Shown here piece by piece: positions 1 through 12,464 of a stretch of 64,000 nt of DNA. Position numbers and translations under genes: made by a program. The first letter of the stretch is position 1, and the number at the start of each line of letters is the position of its first letter. Source of the DNA: Chrysomallon squamiferum (taxonomy: Eukaryota; Animalia; Mollusca); assembly GCA_012295275.1 (NCBI GenBank), contig CM022673.1, positions 12,648,001 through 12,712,000 on the forward strand. The letters run 5' to 3'. The notes under the pieces were generated by a model, which saw nothing but the letters and a program-made list of their open reading frames with translations, was not told the origin of the DNA and ran no database searches.

Positions 1-2298
1 AGTTGAAATAAAATAGCAGCTTTTTTTAAGTGAAATTCAAAGACAATATTTAAATATTTGTACGTATATTTATTCAGTTGCATTTGTTTCATTTTGTTTG
101 TAATATGTATATCATTATATGTCATATATTTAAGTCAAGCGTAAAATGAAATCACATACTCAAATACCATCCTTCGAAAAGAAACATTACAGATTTTTTG
201 TTCCAACCCAGTTTTTTTCAAAACTGAATAATTAAAAAGACTTGTAGATAAACTGTAAGTAACAAAGTACAGATAAGTCACAAATAATGTTCCACTTCTC
301 TCTACCCAGTTAGTGGCTGGTTATCTCCAACACAAGACAATATGTACTTCGAACTGTCTGAGTTTAATATATGTGTGCACTTTGAAAGATAACATGCAGC
401 TCATGGGCATGTCAGACTGAAATGTGTTAATAAATGTGTGTGTGTGTTTGTGATCACGTGTGTGTGTGCATTTGTCAGTACAACTGTAATGCAGATAAGC
501 TTACAGTTTTAGAAGAAAAAATTAAAATTTTCTAAAATGCACTGTTACATAATTTTGCACTGCTAATGTTAATAAATGCATTTTTAAATACTGACTTAAG
601 GTTGGTTTAAATGTGTAATTGTAATTGTTTGACTAATTATAATTTAATAAACTAACAGCATTTGTTAATACAGTAAATAATAATAATTATAATAATAATA
701 ATAATACAATTGTATGTGTTTTGGGTTGGGTTTTTTTTTGATGAGTTTGTCTATTTCTTTAATTTGAATTTCCAGCATGGTATAAAAATTGTGCACATAT
801 TATATATTCCAACATTTCTCTCTATACAGAATTGTCTGATATAGATTTTCTGTGTTTTATTGCCAACTTCCTTGAAAAACATTAAACCATTTATCTGTTT
901 ATAGTGATGTGCTGACTAATAATTTGTATGATGTTTCTTACTCTTTTTAAAAAATATTTTTATTTGTTTTCTTATTTGTTCCGCTAAAACTAAAAAAAAA
1001 AAAAAATTCACTGTTAATAATAAGTATTAGTTTAATTACCAGATTAATATATCTGAATAATTTTACTTTTAAAATGTAGGCAGTAACAAAGATATGTGTG
1101 TGTGTTTATTTTTATTTTCATTACCCTGTAAAAAAATCATGACTTATTTACATGCCACAGTAATAAATTAAACACATTTTACTCCATAGATATGCATAGT
1201 ATCATTATTACTTGTAGAAAATAAAATATTTTTCTATATAGATCTATGGTATTGTAATTGTAGAAAATAATAAACATATTTTTCTGTATGTTTATATCTT
1301 TATCATTCAAATGTGGAAAATAAAATATGAATAATGTGACTGTGTTACTAACAAATTAACCATATGTACACTTTAATCACACTACCTTTGTGTGTGCATG
1401 CATGTATTTTGTCATCTTCCTTGTTTAGCATCTAAATACTGGATTTTATTAAATAACATAAATTAAGCACAGTTACACACAGTGATCCAACTGGTGTGCA
1501 TTGAAGTTTAAAGATCTTTATCTTTAAATCTTATGACTCGTTATTTTTGAATATTATACACTTAGTATAATTGTAACTACAAATATATGAGTGTTTTCTT
1601 GCCAACATTCTGTAAAAAAAAAAAAAAAAAAAATTCATTTTATTTAAAGACATGATGATCATGTTTTGTATGTATATGTGTGTGTATATATACCACTGAT
1701 AAATAAAACATGAAAGGTTCCAAATTGATTTCCTGCATTCATTTCATTAAATAACAGTCTGTCCCTAAAATGAATCTATTTTTGAAATTTACATAATGGG
1801 TAATATATAGAACATGTCACATCACTGTAATAATTCAAAATGTATTTATGTGTAGCTGTAGGGAGATCTGTTATTATGATGTATATAATGTGAAACAGCT
1901 GCTGTGGAATATGAAAATCACAGATGGCACATACACCTTTTATTTGGTAACACAAAATCAATTAATGCATTTGTCTAATGTAAAAAATTGTTTATTAATA
2001 CACATACACAAAGGCAAATCATATATATGTATTTGTAGTAAACCAAGAATAATGATGGTCACATTAAAATAAGCATACACGCATGTGCGCAATACACATG
2101 GAAATAAATTCAGATAAATATATTGTTGATACAATCATATACGTGTACATAAAATTCAGCATCTTGATACATATAGAGAAATCTGCTATCATCAGTTCAG
2201 TTACAGTGTGTGTATGTGTGTTGTATAATTTTGATGAAACAAAAGAATTCTGTTTCTGCCACTCTGTTAGTTACATGTGGCAGGTGCATGAAATAATT

Positions 2299-2508
2299 GG
2301 TTTTTGGAATGGGAAACAGTAGTACTCTGGTTGGAATGGGAAATAGTAGGGCTCTGGTTGGAATGGAAACAGTAGTACTCTGTTGGAATGGGAACCAGTA
2401 GTGCTGTGGTTGGAATGGGAAACACTAGTGCTCTGGTTGGAATGGGAAACAGTAGTACTCTGGTTGGAATGGGAAACAGTTATGCTCTGGCTTTGATGGG
2501 AAATAGTC
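2299..2508. repeat. 27-bp minisatellite, about 8 copies, in the intron upstream of the first visible exon of copy A
   Basis: Unit GGTTGGAATGGGAAACAGTAGTACTCT; TTGGAATGG recurs at 2304, 2331, 2358. Confidence 0.9.
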
Positions 2509-2644
2509 CAAAAGATGCACATAGTTATCTTGAGCTTTTAATCCAAGTTGTCTCAGATATGCTAATGCATACTAATGTGTATACTTCTTCTATAAGTAGC
2601 AAGTTTTTATCTACTAATAATGATGATGTTGTTCGCTGTTTCAG

Positions 2645-2946
2645 GTTCCCTCCTGGGTCTACTTACTGTGTGCGCTTGGACTGTTTGCGTATCAGTCTCT
2701 GGATGCCATAGACGGGAAACAGGCGCGCCGCACCAACACCAGCAGTCCCCTGGGGGAGCTGTTTGACCATGGCTGCGATTCTGTGTCCCAGGGTAAACTG
2801 TGATTTTGTTTTCAATGTTTTCTTTTTCTTCTGCAAGGATTTCCTGTAAAATGTTTGTCCCAGATAAAAAAAAAATAATAGGCATAATAATTATATGTTA
2901 ATGTATAAAATCAATATTTAGTCATCTCGTGTTTTTTCTTCTCTTT

Positions 2947-2981
<35 letters not shown>

Positions 2982-3558
2982 CCCTCCCCATACACATATT
3001 TTCTTTTCCACTCTCATTTATTCATTCATTAAAAAACAGAGAACTGTCAGTTATAGATTACTCATACTTCATTTCTGTAATTCTTAATGTTACTTGCAGT
3101 GCATTATAATTTTTATTTCACCGGTAGGTTATAATATATTCTGCATATCTGCACCGCTGTTTATTTATTTGTGAAAAATTGATATGTACTCAGTTTCCTG
3201 CCTTGTAATACATATACTGATTATTTATGTATTTAAACATGTTTAAAGTTTTGTATTAAAATAAACAAAATAAAAAACCAACTGTGTTATTTTAAACAAA
3301 ACAGCTGGAGAAAATTAAATACAAAACAGCAATTAATTTTATAATAACAGAAAAATATTGATGTGTTTTTTTATCTTCCATGCATTTATTGGTAGTCCCG
3401 TTTTATCAAATGTTAGCAATAAACTGCTGAATTAACAATATAAACATTGATTAAAATTCCTCATTTATTCCAAGTTTAGTATCCAATGAAAATTTATTAA
3501 ATAAAAGAAAAGAAATTTTGCCTGTTTATAACAGACAGAAAGATTTTTGTTTGCTAAA

Positions 3559-3589
<31 letters not shown>

Positions 3590-5756
3590 AATTTACAATA
3601 TTCAATAAAATTATATATACACACACACACACACACACACAGATATATACGTACATAGAAACATGCAGACACACACATACATACACACACACACATAATA
3701 TATTAAACAAAATTAAAATAAAAACCTAATAATTGGAGTGACTATGTTTGCAGTAAAGCTGTATCTTATTATGAAATGTTAAATGTTTTGACAGCTGTGG
3801 TGGTACTAGGAAGCTGTATAGCACTGCGTATGGGAGAGAATCTCAACTGGATGCTGTTTCTAGGATGTGTTGGCTCCATTCTGTTTTACTGTGCACACTG
3901 GCAGACATACGTGTCAGGTACTCTACGCTTTTCAAAGTAAGTAAACATCAATATTCACTGACCCCAAAATATCATAACTGATTCACTCTCTCTCTCTGTC
4001 TGATCTAAGGGAATGATGTTATTGACCTCTTTCATAATTCATTTACAAGTTTTGTTAGATTTCTTTACATGAATTAACTCACCAAGTTTGCTAAGTCTTG
4101 TCCGTTCATAAAATATGGTTTTCTGGTGTGTTTTTTTTTTAGATATTTCCTTTTAATCATTATTAATATAATACTCTTTCAAATACAGATTTATTTCTTT
4201 TTGATCATTATTACTATAATACTCTTTCAAACAGATTTATTTCTTTTTAATCATTATTAATATAACACTTTTCAAATACAGATTTATTGATGAAATGTTT
4301 ATTTTATTTCAGAATTGATGTCACTGAAGGACAGTTATGTATTATTGGCATATATCTGGTATCAGCAATATTTGGTGATGTTTTTTGGAGCCAAAATGTA
4401 AGATGTATTTTGTCTCCCTATTTTATTTTAATTATTACAAATTTGATAAACTGACTGGATATGTATGAAAATGCCAGTCTGAAACTAAAATGCAATAATT
4501 GTAACATCTAAACATCATAAAAAAAATTTTAAAAAAAAATTCAAGAATAATGTTTTATATATTCATCTTAATAACAAGTCAGCTATGTTTAAGCAAACAA
4601 ATAACAATTTGAGCAAACTTTACTACTAATAAAGTATAACTGTGAGGTAATAATTTCTTTGCTGTTCATGGTCACTGCCGTTTGGCTTATTTTTTCAATA
4701 TTCTTGATTCACAAAATTTGTTTAAAAATAGGTAGATTTTATAGATATACCTGTGATTTTTACCACTGGAAAATAAAGTGAACAACAGTCAGTAAATTTA
4801 AATTACTGAAAACATTTACTGTGTCTGTCAGTTTATCAAATTTATCTTGTTTTTTATTTTATTCTTTATTTATTTATTTTTGTTTTTGATTGAAGCAAAA
4901 TGGGGCTAGGCAAAATCAAAAACAATTGATTATTATCAAGAATAATTTCTTATTGGTTATATAAAAATCACAATAAAATTAATACATGTTACGAATCAAG
5001 AAATACTGTGTGTGTATGTGTATATATATATATATATAAAAAAATTAACTGTATGACATAGTAAATGTTCTATAAATAACCACATAAAGCTTGTATAATT
5101 CTGTTTAATATTGTTAAATTGATGTCTGATTACAGTTATTAATTGTTATTATTATTATTTTTACAATTATTTTATTTATTATCATCATATTTATTTATTT
5201 ATTTATTTATTTTTTTATTTTTTTTTTTTTTTTTATTTTTAATTTATTTTTTTTTTTTTATTTATTTATTTATTTATTTATTTATTTTTCAGCTTCCTGT
5301 AGTAGGTGTTCAGTTAAAGATGTTACCTATAGGATTCAGTGTGATTGGTGCACTGCTACAACTTAAAAATAATTTTGCTGTTATATTCATGGAGGGTGGG
5401 GTGGGCAAAAATGGATCCACTGTAGCTGTAAGTACCTCCTCATCTGACACATCACATCTGTTTTAAAATTAAAATGCTTACACCATAGTATTCATTCATT
5501 CATCTGTGAAATATCCCAGAATTAACTATTTGTAGTCCCATATCCCAGTTTCCTGGTACTAGTTTCATGCCCTGCTAAACACTGCTGTTATAATGATGTA
5601 GCTAGTTTCAATTTTTACTAGCCACATACTACATCATTCTAGTTGTTGTTAAATTTGTATTATTTATTCATGTGTGACACTGGTGGTTTTAGTTGTATTT
5701 TTTAAATGTATTATTATTATTATTGGTAGTACTAGTGCTGTTGTTGTTGTTATTAC

Positions 5757-5816
<60 letters not shown>

Positions 5817-5877
5817 TAGTATTATTATTATTATTACTAGTATTTTATTATTATTACTATTATTATTATTATTATAC

Positions 5878-5928
<51 letters not shown>

Positions 5929-7637
5929 GATCCAGGGTACTAGCACAATATTTCCTGTCTTTCCAATGGCACTGGTGATAGCTCTGGAGGTGATGTTACA
6001 AGCAAAGTCACCCAATCAGCTGTATGAGAAACACCCCTGCCTGTACATCATAACCTTTGGTTTGTTATCAGCCAAAGTCACAAACAGACTAGTTGTGAGT
6101 ACAAAGTAGATTTTCATTTTTTTAGTTACTGTGTCTAATTTTCTCTAGCCTGTAGCATATTAAAACATTATAAACTGTATTCTTCTTACCTACACTTCTA
6201 AGCCTTCGAGGCGTAAATTGAAATAATGACATCTTAACAAACACCAGTCTTAAAATAACTTTTAAATTACTGTAGTGTAATTCCTTCAGGGTTCAGACTG
6301 AACTCAGGGAGATAATAAAGTGCGAAGAAAAAACCAGCACAGAGTAACTAAAATCTACAGTAGCCTTTATCATGTTAAGATATACAAATGTGTCTGTGTT
6401 GTTTAAAATTACTTGAAATTCTGAAACTTAAACTGAAATAATCAAAACAACACCTCATGGTAACTTTAAAGTAACTATGCCCTTGTTGTGTATAGTTTTT
6501 CTTCACGTTTGAAATTGTAATATGTTGTGTATGATTCTTACCATTCTGGAAATTTTGAGGTGCCCATACTGAGCTGAATGAATGAATCAATGAAATGGAA
6601 TCAAGGATTTCTCCTTTTTATAGTGTCACACCCCATTCGTGCCAGTGTTCCATCACTGGGTTATCAAAAAATCCATTCTGTGCTTTTCTGTTTCTGAGAA
6701 TATGCATGAAAAAAGAATCCTTGTTTCATGTTACCTATCTTCAAAAGGGAAGAATTGGAAAAGGCCTCATAGTTACACTTTCATGAATATTTGATGACAC
6801 TAAACAAATTATTTGCTTTACCAACTGATGCCTGCAGACAAAAATAATTACAAATGGATTTGGTGCAGTATAGCAGTCATTACTGGCACATTTTAATGAA
6901 AATTTAGGTGAACAAGAATGGCCATTTTCTGAATTCTGGGCCCCCGGGAAACATTAGAGCTAAAAACAATGATTTAAAATATGTTTGGTGTGTTAAACCG
7001 TTACCTATTCATTTAATCAGAAATGACTTTTTAATTTTTTTAATTTTTTTAATTTTTTGGCTTGCAGGTAGCTCATATGACAAAGAGTGAGATGAATTTA
7101 TTTTGTTTTGGACTAGTGGGACCAGGACTGCTGTTTCTAAACCAGTACTTTAATAGCCTGTTCAATGAATACTTTGTTCTATGGATATGCTTTGTACGTA
7201 TTGTCTTAATTATGCAAGGATTTTGTATATATCAAAGTTTGATTATTTAAAGGTATTTGAACATTTTTACAACAATAAATGAACATTGAGCCATTTAGTG
7301 AAAGTTTCTATTAATTTTCTAATATTCTTTATTAATTTTTTTTTTTAAATAATAATACATGCAGTTATTAATTTCAGGAATATAATGTATGTGTATATTT
7401 AAATGTTATAATGCATTTAAATTTAGATAGAGAGAAATATATTTTTTTTTATTTTTTTTTTTTTTTTTACAGGCCACCGTTACCATTGACTTGTATCGTT
7501 ACTCATCACAAGTATGCAGGGAAATTTGTAAAGACCTCAACATCTACTGTTTCACAATAACATCAACCCCATCATCTTCATCATCATCATCAACAGAAGC
7601 AGCAGCAGCAAATGGAACAAAAAGCAAAAGAAGATGA
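2645..7637 (+). CDS. CEPT1: Choline/ethanolamine phosphotransferase (CEPT1/CHPT1 family), copy A; 5'-partial, 7 coding exons in window
   Basis: Exons 2645-2792, 3795-3936, 4313-4397, 5293-5427, 5936-6094, 7068-7193, 7473-7637, all with AG/GT boundaries and compatible phases (960 nt, 319 aa + TGA). CDP-alcohol phosphotransferase motif [26 protein letters not shown] plus family motifs [37 protein letters not shown]. The first coding exon was not found in 1-2644. CEPT1 versus CHPT1 cannot be resolved for an invertebrate gene. Confidence 0.93.
4141..4288. repeat. About 46-bp AT-rich tandem repeat, 3 copies, intronic
   Basis: AGATTTATTTCTTTTTAATCATTATTAATATAATACTCTTTCAAATAC-like unit repeated three times. 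Confidence 0.8.
5710..5928. repeat. (TAT)n microsatellite
   Basis: Long, lightly interrupted TAT run ending a few bases before the acceptor at 5934-5935. Confidence 0.95.
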
Positions 7638-8396
7638 AGCAGATCTTTTTGTTCCTTGTTTCCTTTTTTTAAAACAAATCATATCTTTATTACCAATAAT
7701 TTATTTTGTTATGCGTGAGATGATTGTATATTTTTTTAGTTACACTCAAATCTGCTCTTATTTGTCTTGCCAGTTTGTGTTTGTAAATTTCAAAAAGTCT
7801 CAGCTGACAGTATAACTATAGACTTATGTAGATAATGGATGTTTCTGAAATAAAATAGACTCAGGTTTCTATAAAGAGACATTCTACTACATTCATTGTC
7901 TGTTTTATAACAAAGATTTGTTACTAAAAAAACGAACAAAAACTAACTACATACTTGCTAGTCCCCAAGATTAAAATAGTCAAAACTTTGATAGCATTTT
8001 TTATTTTGTTAAAAAAAAATGATGATAAAGCTTATACAAGTTGTGATAGAATGGATATGTTGTTAATTTTAAAATTTAAATATTGAAATCTGTGGTATGT
8101 GCTATCCTGTGTATGAGAAAATAAAACTAAAACTACTACTATAACAGTTTAAACCAGTGTTTCTCATAGTAAGGTTTGGCAATAGTTTGGTAGGGCATGA
8201 GGATTCAGAATTAATGAATCAATACATGATTGCTTTCACAGCTTTGCATTTTCAAATTTTCACTATTTCAAGCTCAGGTGAAGCGTTATAGCATCATAAC
8301 TAAAAACAGCCTCACTGCATTAACAAGACATTGTGAATATACATACAGTGTGTACTGTACTGTCTCCAGTCACACAGTTTTCTGTTATTTCTTAAT

Positions 8397-8429
<33 letters not shown>

Positions 8430-10267
8430 GAAAGTCCTAGTGCAGCTCAGAACAAGAAAGATTGAGAAACCCTGGTTTAAACGAATGATTAAGCTGTTAT
8501 CTTGAAAACTTGTAGCTAGCAGGATCACATCTTGCTATCGGCTTATATTCACAGGCAGCTGTAGTACTATCCCATTTCTGTCACTAACTAATACTTTAAC
8601 ACTAATCTTTGCATTCTCTAAATAATCAGATAATCCAGACTTCAGAGTCTTGTGACAGACATGCTTGTGCTGTTAACTTAGAATATTAAAAAAATTTCAT
8701 TTTCCCTGTCCGTTATTTCACTGGCCAAAATAAGATCAGATTTGTGTGGCATTTTGTTGTTCTGTTTTCTCTTGATCAACGTTGTTTATACTGTTAATAT
8801 TTTATTCCGATTACGTTTTACAAACTGTGTGTGTACATTTAAATATATTATCTACCAGACGTTATCCGAGTCTTGCAAATTAGAGTTGTTTTAGCAAAAG
8901 GCTCTTTAGCATGTTGTAGGAATTATTTTTATAGATGTTTTTAGATAGATGTAATTTTTATGTCAGAGTCAACTAGCACTCTCATTGGTGATGTGTGTTG
9001 TTGTAATTTATACGGAGCTGTGTAAATATGATTTTAACAAAAACTGCCCACCATCTTGTCACATCTTCTTTTAACAAAACATACAAAACAATGGTTATTG
9101 TCTTAGCTGGACAGAATTAATAAGTGAATAATATTTAAAAACAGAAAAAATAAAATTTTAATATTTCTGTGTGAATTCTATTTTTATTGCAGTATGCGAT
9201 GCTGTATGCAAAAAATCAGCCTTATTAATGCTTTTTTTCTTCTTTTCTTTTTTTTAAATTAATATTCTACCAAAAAGAAGCACAAAATTTTATATATTTT
9301 TTTAAACTTGCCTATTGAAAAACATCTTACTCTTAGTTCTCAACTCAGTTTGGTGAATAGAGTCACATTTGTGTTAATTTATTTGTGTGAAATTTTTTAC
9401 CTTATTTTAAGAATAATGTGTTGCAGAAAGTATCAGTGTGGATTTCAACTTAAAAACAAATGTATGGTAATATATATGTTCAGAATTCATTCTTTTAACT
9501 GTAATTGAATTTTCATTTGAATTGTAAGATTTAGTATGAATATCTGCATATATCAGAAATGTTGTCTTTGTTTCAAAAATAAAATGTAATTTATTAATAC
9601 AGTATATATTTTCATTGAATAGCTTTGTAATAATTAATTTTATTTTCTGTAACTTTCCCCTATTCCCTCAACACAGTTCTTTTTTGTTGTTTTTGTTTTT
9701 ATTTATGTTTCAGTAAGACATTCTAGCATTAGATTTCAATAATACAGTGTTGAATAAGTTTAAATCATTCTCCACTATACAAACACCGCAAACATTTGCC
9801 ATACAAAATTAACATACATATGTGTATATACAACAAGAGTATAGTTCTGTTATTCAAAGAAGCCAGACTTACTTTACTAATATAAAACTCAATACACTGA
9901 ATAATTCTTAATTTAGCCAGGAAAACAATAAAGCAATATTGATGTGTGCATGAATTAAGTGAATTTGAAATAATTTTTATAACAAATTGATATAACATGC
10001 ACATACAATGATTGTAAATGTGTGTACATATACCTTTTGATAGCACATGGAAATTAATTATAAGTGAAATTTGTTTTTATTCTATTTAATGGTTTTTTTT
10101 GTAGGGGGTTAAATATTCGTACAAGGTTTTTCACTGAATATAGCTTACCTTTTTCTAAATTCTTAAACAAACTAATTTAGATATTGAAATAACTAACTAT
10201 TTTTCATTATTACTAAAAGTTGGCATGAATTAATTGCTTAAAAATTACACTTTCATTTTAATTGCCT

Positions 10268-10301
<34 letters not shown>

Positions 10302-10888
10302 AAATGTGTGTGTACATATATACATACAAAAATTTGTTATATAACATTTAATAGAATGCTCTCACCCCACTAGTAAAATAAATATTATAATGACATAAAC
10401 TGCTTCTCTTTTTTGTTTTCTTCTGTTTTTCTCTCTCTCTCTCTTCACACATTACCCAGTGAGCCAGTAGTATTTCATTTACCTTGCAATATTTAATTAA
10501 TTCTTACAATCCATGCAGTTGTTGCTTGTTAGAAGAAGAAATTAGTTTATTTTATTTGTTTAAGTTGGTTCTTTTTTATTTGTTTGTTTTGTCCTTTTTC
10601 AGTTGATATATCTCTCATACAAATGAGTGGTTCAACATGTATATGACCACGCACACACACACACAGACAGACACGCACAATCTAATTTATCATGGATATA
10701 TATAATTACCTTTTTTAATTTTCTTTTTTTTTTTTTTTTTTTTTCTGTCCCACCCTCTAAAACTTTAATTTATAAGGATTAAAATGAATTATTAAATTTG
10801 ATTTTTCTTTTCTTTTTTCTTTCTGTTTTTACTTATTTTAATTAATCTGTTTTTATATTATTATTTTTTTTATTACATTATCTCCATT

Positions 10889-10920
<32 letters not shown>

Positions 10921-11709
10921 CCATTTATTATTATTATTGTATTTGTTTTAGTGTTTTTGTTTGGTTGGTTTTTTTTTTTTTTCAAAAGAGAAATCCTTAT
11001 AATGTAATATTTAATAGTGAAAATTAATATTTATGCAGTTCATTTGTTATATTGTTTCCAGTTAATAATCATCAGAGCAAGAAAATTTATGCATATTATT
11101 AAGTACCACATTTTTCCAATTAATTTTTGTTTAAGAAACACAAAAACAAGAAAAACTTAAATGTGCATTTATGTCATGTTTTGCATTTTATCCTAGTCAA
11201 ATTCTTCCAATTACATATATATATATTATTATGGACGGGAAAAACATTTTAAAAATTGTTACTCTTGTATTCATCAATTATTATTATTGTGTAAGTGTAA
11301 TTTATGATTTCCTTTATGTCATTTTTTTATTTTTTATTTACTTTTTTCTTCTTATTATTATTAATTATTATCAGCTACTGTTAGACACATATAAATATGT
11401 ATCATACAGTCTATGACTACCAAACAATATACTGTGATTACATGTTTTTATATGAGTATTATCTCTTATGATGCCAGCTAATTTGCCTTCGTCATTTTAG
11501 ATTTATTTTAAAGTTTAATAATTATTTTAACTGGGAATTTGTAATCGGTAGGACATGTGAAATAACTGATCACTAGACAAATAACAGTGAAACTTTCAAT
11601 AAGGTCTATTATTTAATAAAATATTTATGATTTTTGTTTGCAGAAAAAAAAATTGAAAAAAAAAAAATGAGCATGACACACAAATTGCATAATAATTTTA
11701 GTACTAGTG

Positions 11710-11751
<42 letters not shown>

Positions 11752-12412
11752 CATTTTCAGGGGTTGGAGATTAATTGTTATTTTTTTTAATTACTCAGAT
11801 AATAACGGAGTGCAGTTTTTTTTGTGAAATTTTGTTTACTAAATTGAATATTTGTCTGTACTTTATCTAAATCTTTGATGTTTTTGTCTTTTTTTTATTT
11901 GGTTTTGTTTTATTTTGTATTTTTGTTTCATTGTTGGAAGTGTCGTAATAATTATGTCATTGTGTCAGAGTATTGTCAGTATACAGCAATATATTTTATT
12001 TTCTGTAAACCTTGCCTGGAGAAGCAATAATTTGTTTGTTTGTAATGTAAATAATAATATATCCTTAGACTATATTAATATCTAGGATTTGCACAAAAAA
12101 CAAAAAGTACAAAAAAATACTTTTGATTACCGGTTTAACTTTATAAAAATTTTTATATTATTTGTCTCTTCTGTGTCAGAAACAAAATATGCTTTAATAA
12201 TTGTTTTTTTGTGTGTTGACATAAGTTGTGTGTCTATAAATATTCAGTTTTTTTTTTTTTTTTAAATCAAAACTTACTGTTTGGTTGTATATCAAAATTT
12301 TGTCTAACACAGAAAATAGAAGAAAAAATAATAAAGAAAAGAAAAAAGTGATGTTTTTATTTTTGTTTATGGGCGAGGGTAAATTTTCTATTGTCATTCT
12401 TATTATTCTTAC

Positions 12413-12464
<52 letters not shown>
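12413..12464. repeat. (TAT)n microsatellite
   Basis: Perfect TAT run. Confidence 0.9.

Noticed and set aside
2271-2711. Repetitive ORFs (SHSNQSTT / VGMGNSS)
   Set aside because: By-products of the 27-bp minisatellite, which is a multiple of 3; intronic.
5143-5943. Poly-Ile/Leu/Tyr/Phe ORFs in the ORF track (also 12194-12553, 20933-21250, 24524-26049, 59157-59405)
   Set aside because: Translations of microsatellites or T-rich intron sequence; only the embedded exons are real.
7635-7637. TGA of copy A as selenocysteine (SELENOI/EPT1 is in the same family)
   Set aside because: The protein has CEPT1/CHPT1-type motifs, the TGA follows a clean KxKxx terminus, read-through sequence looks like UTR, and I saw no convincing SECIS.
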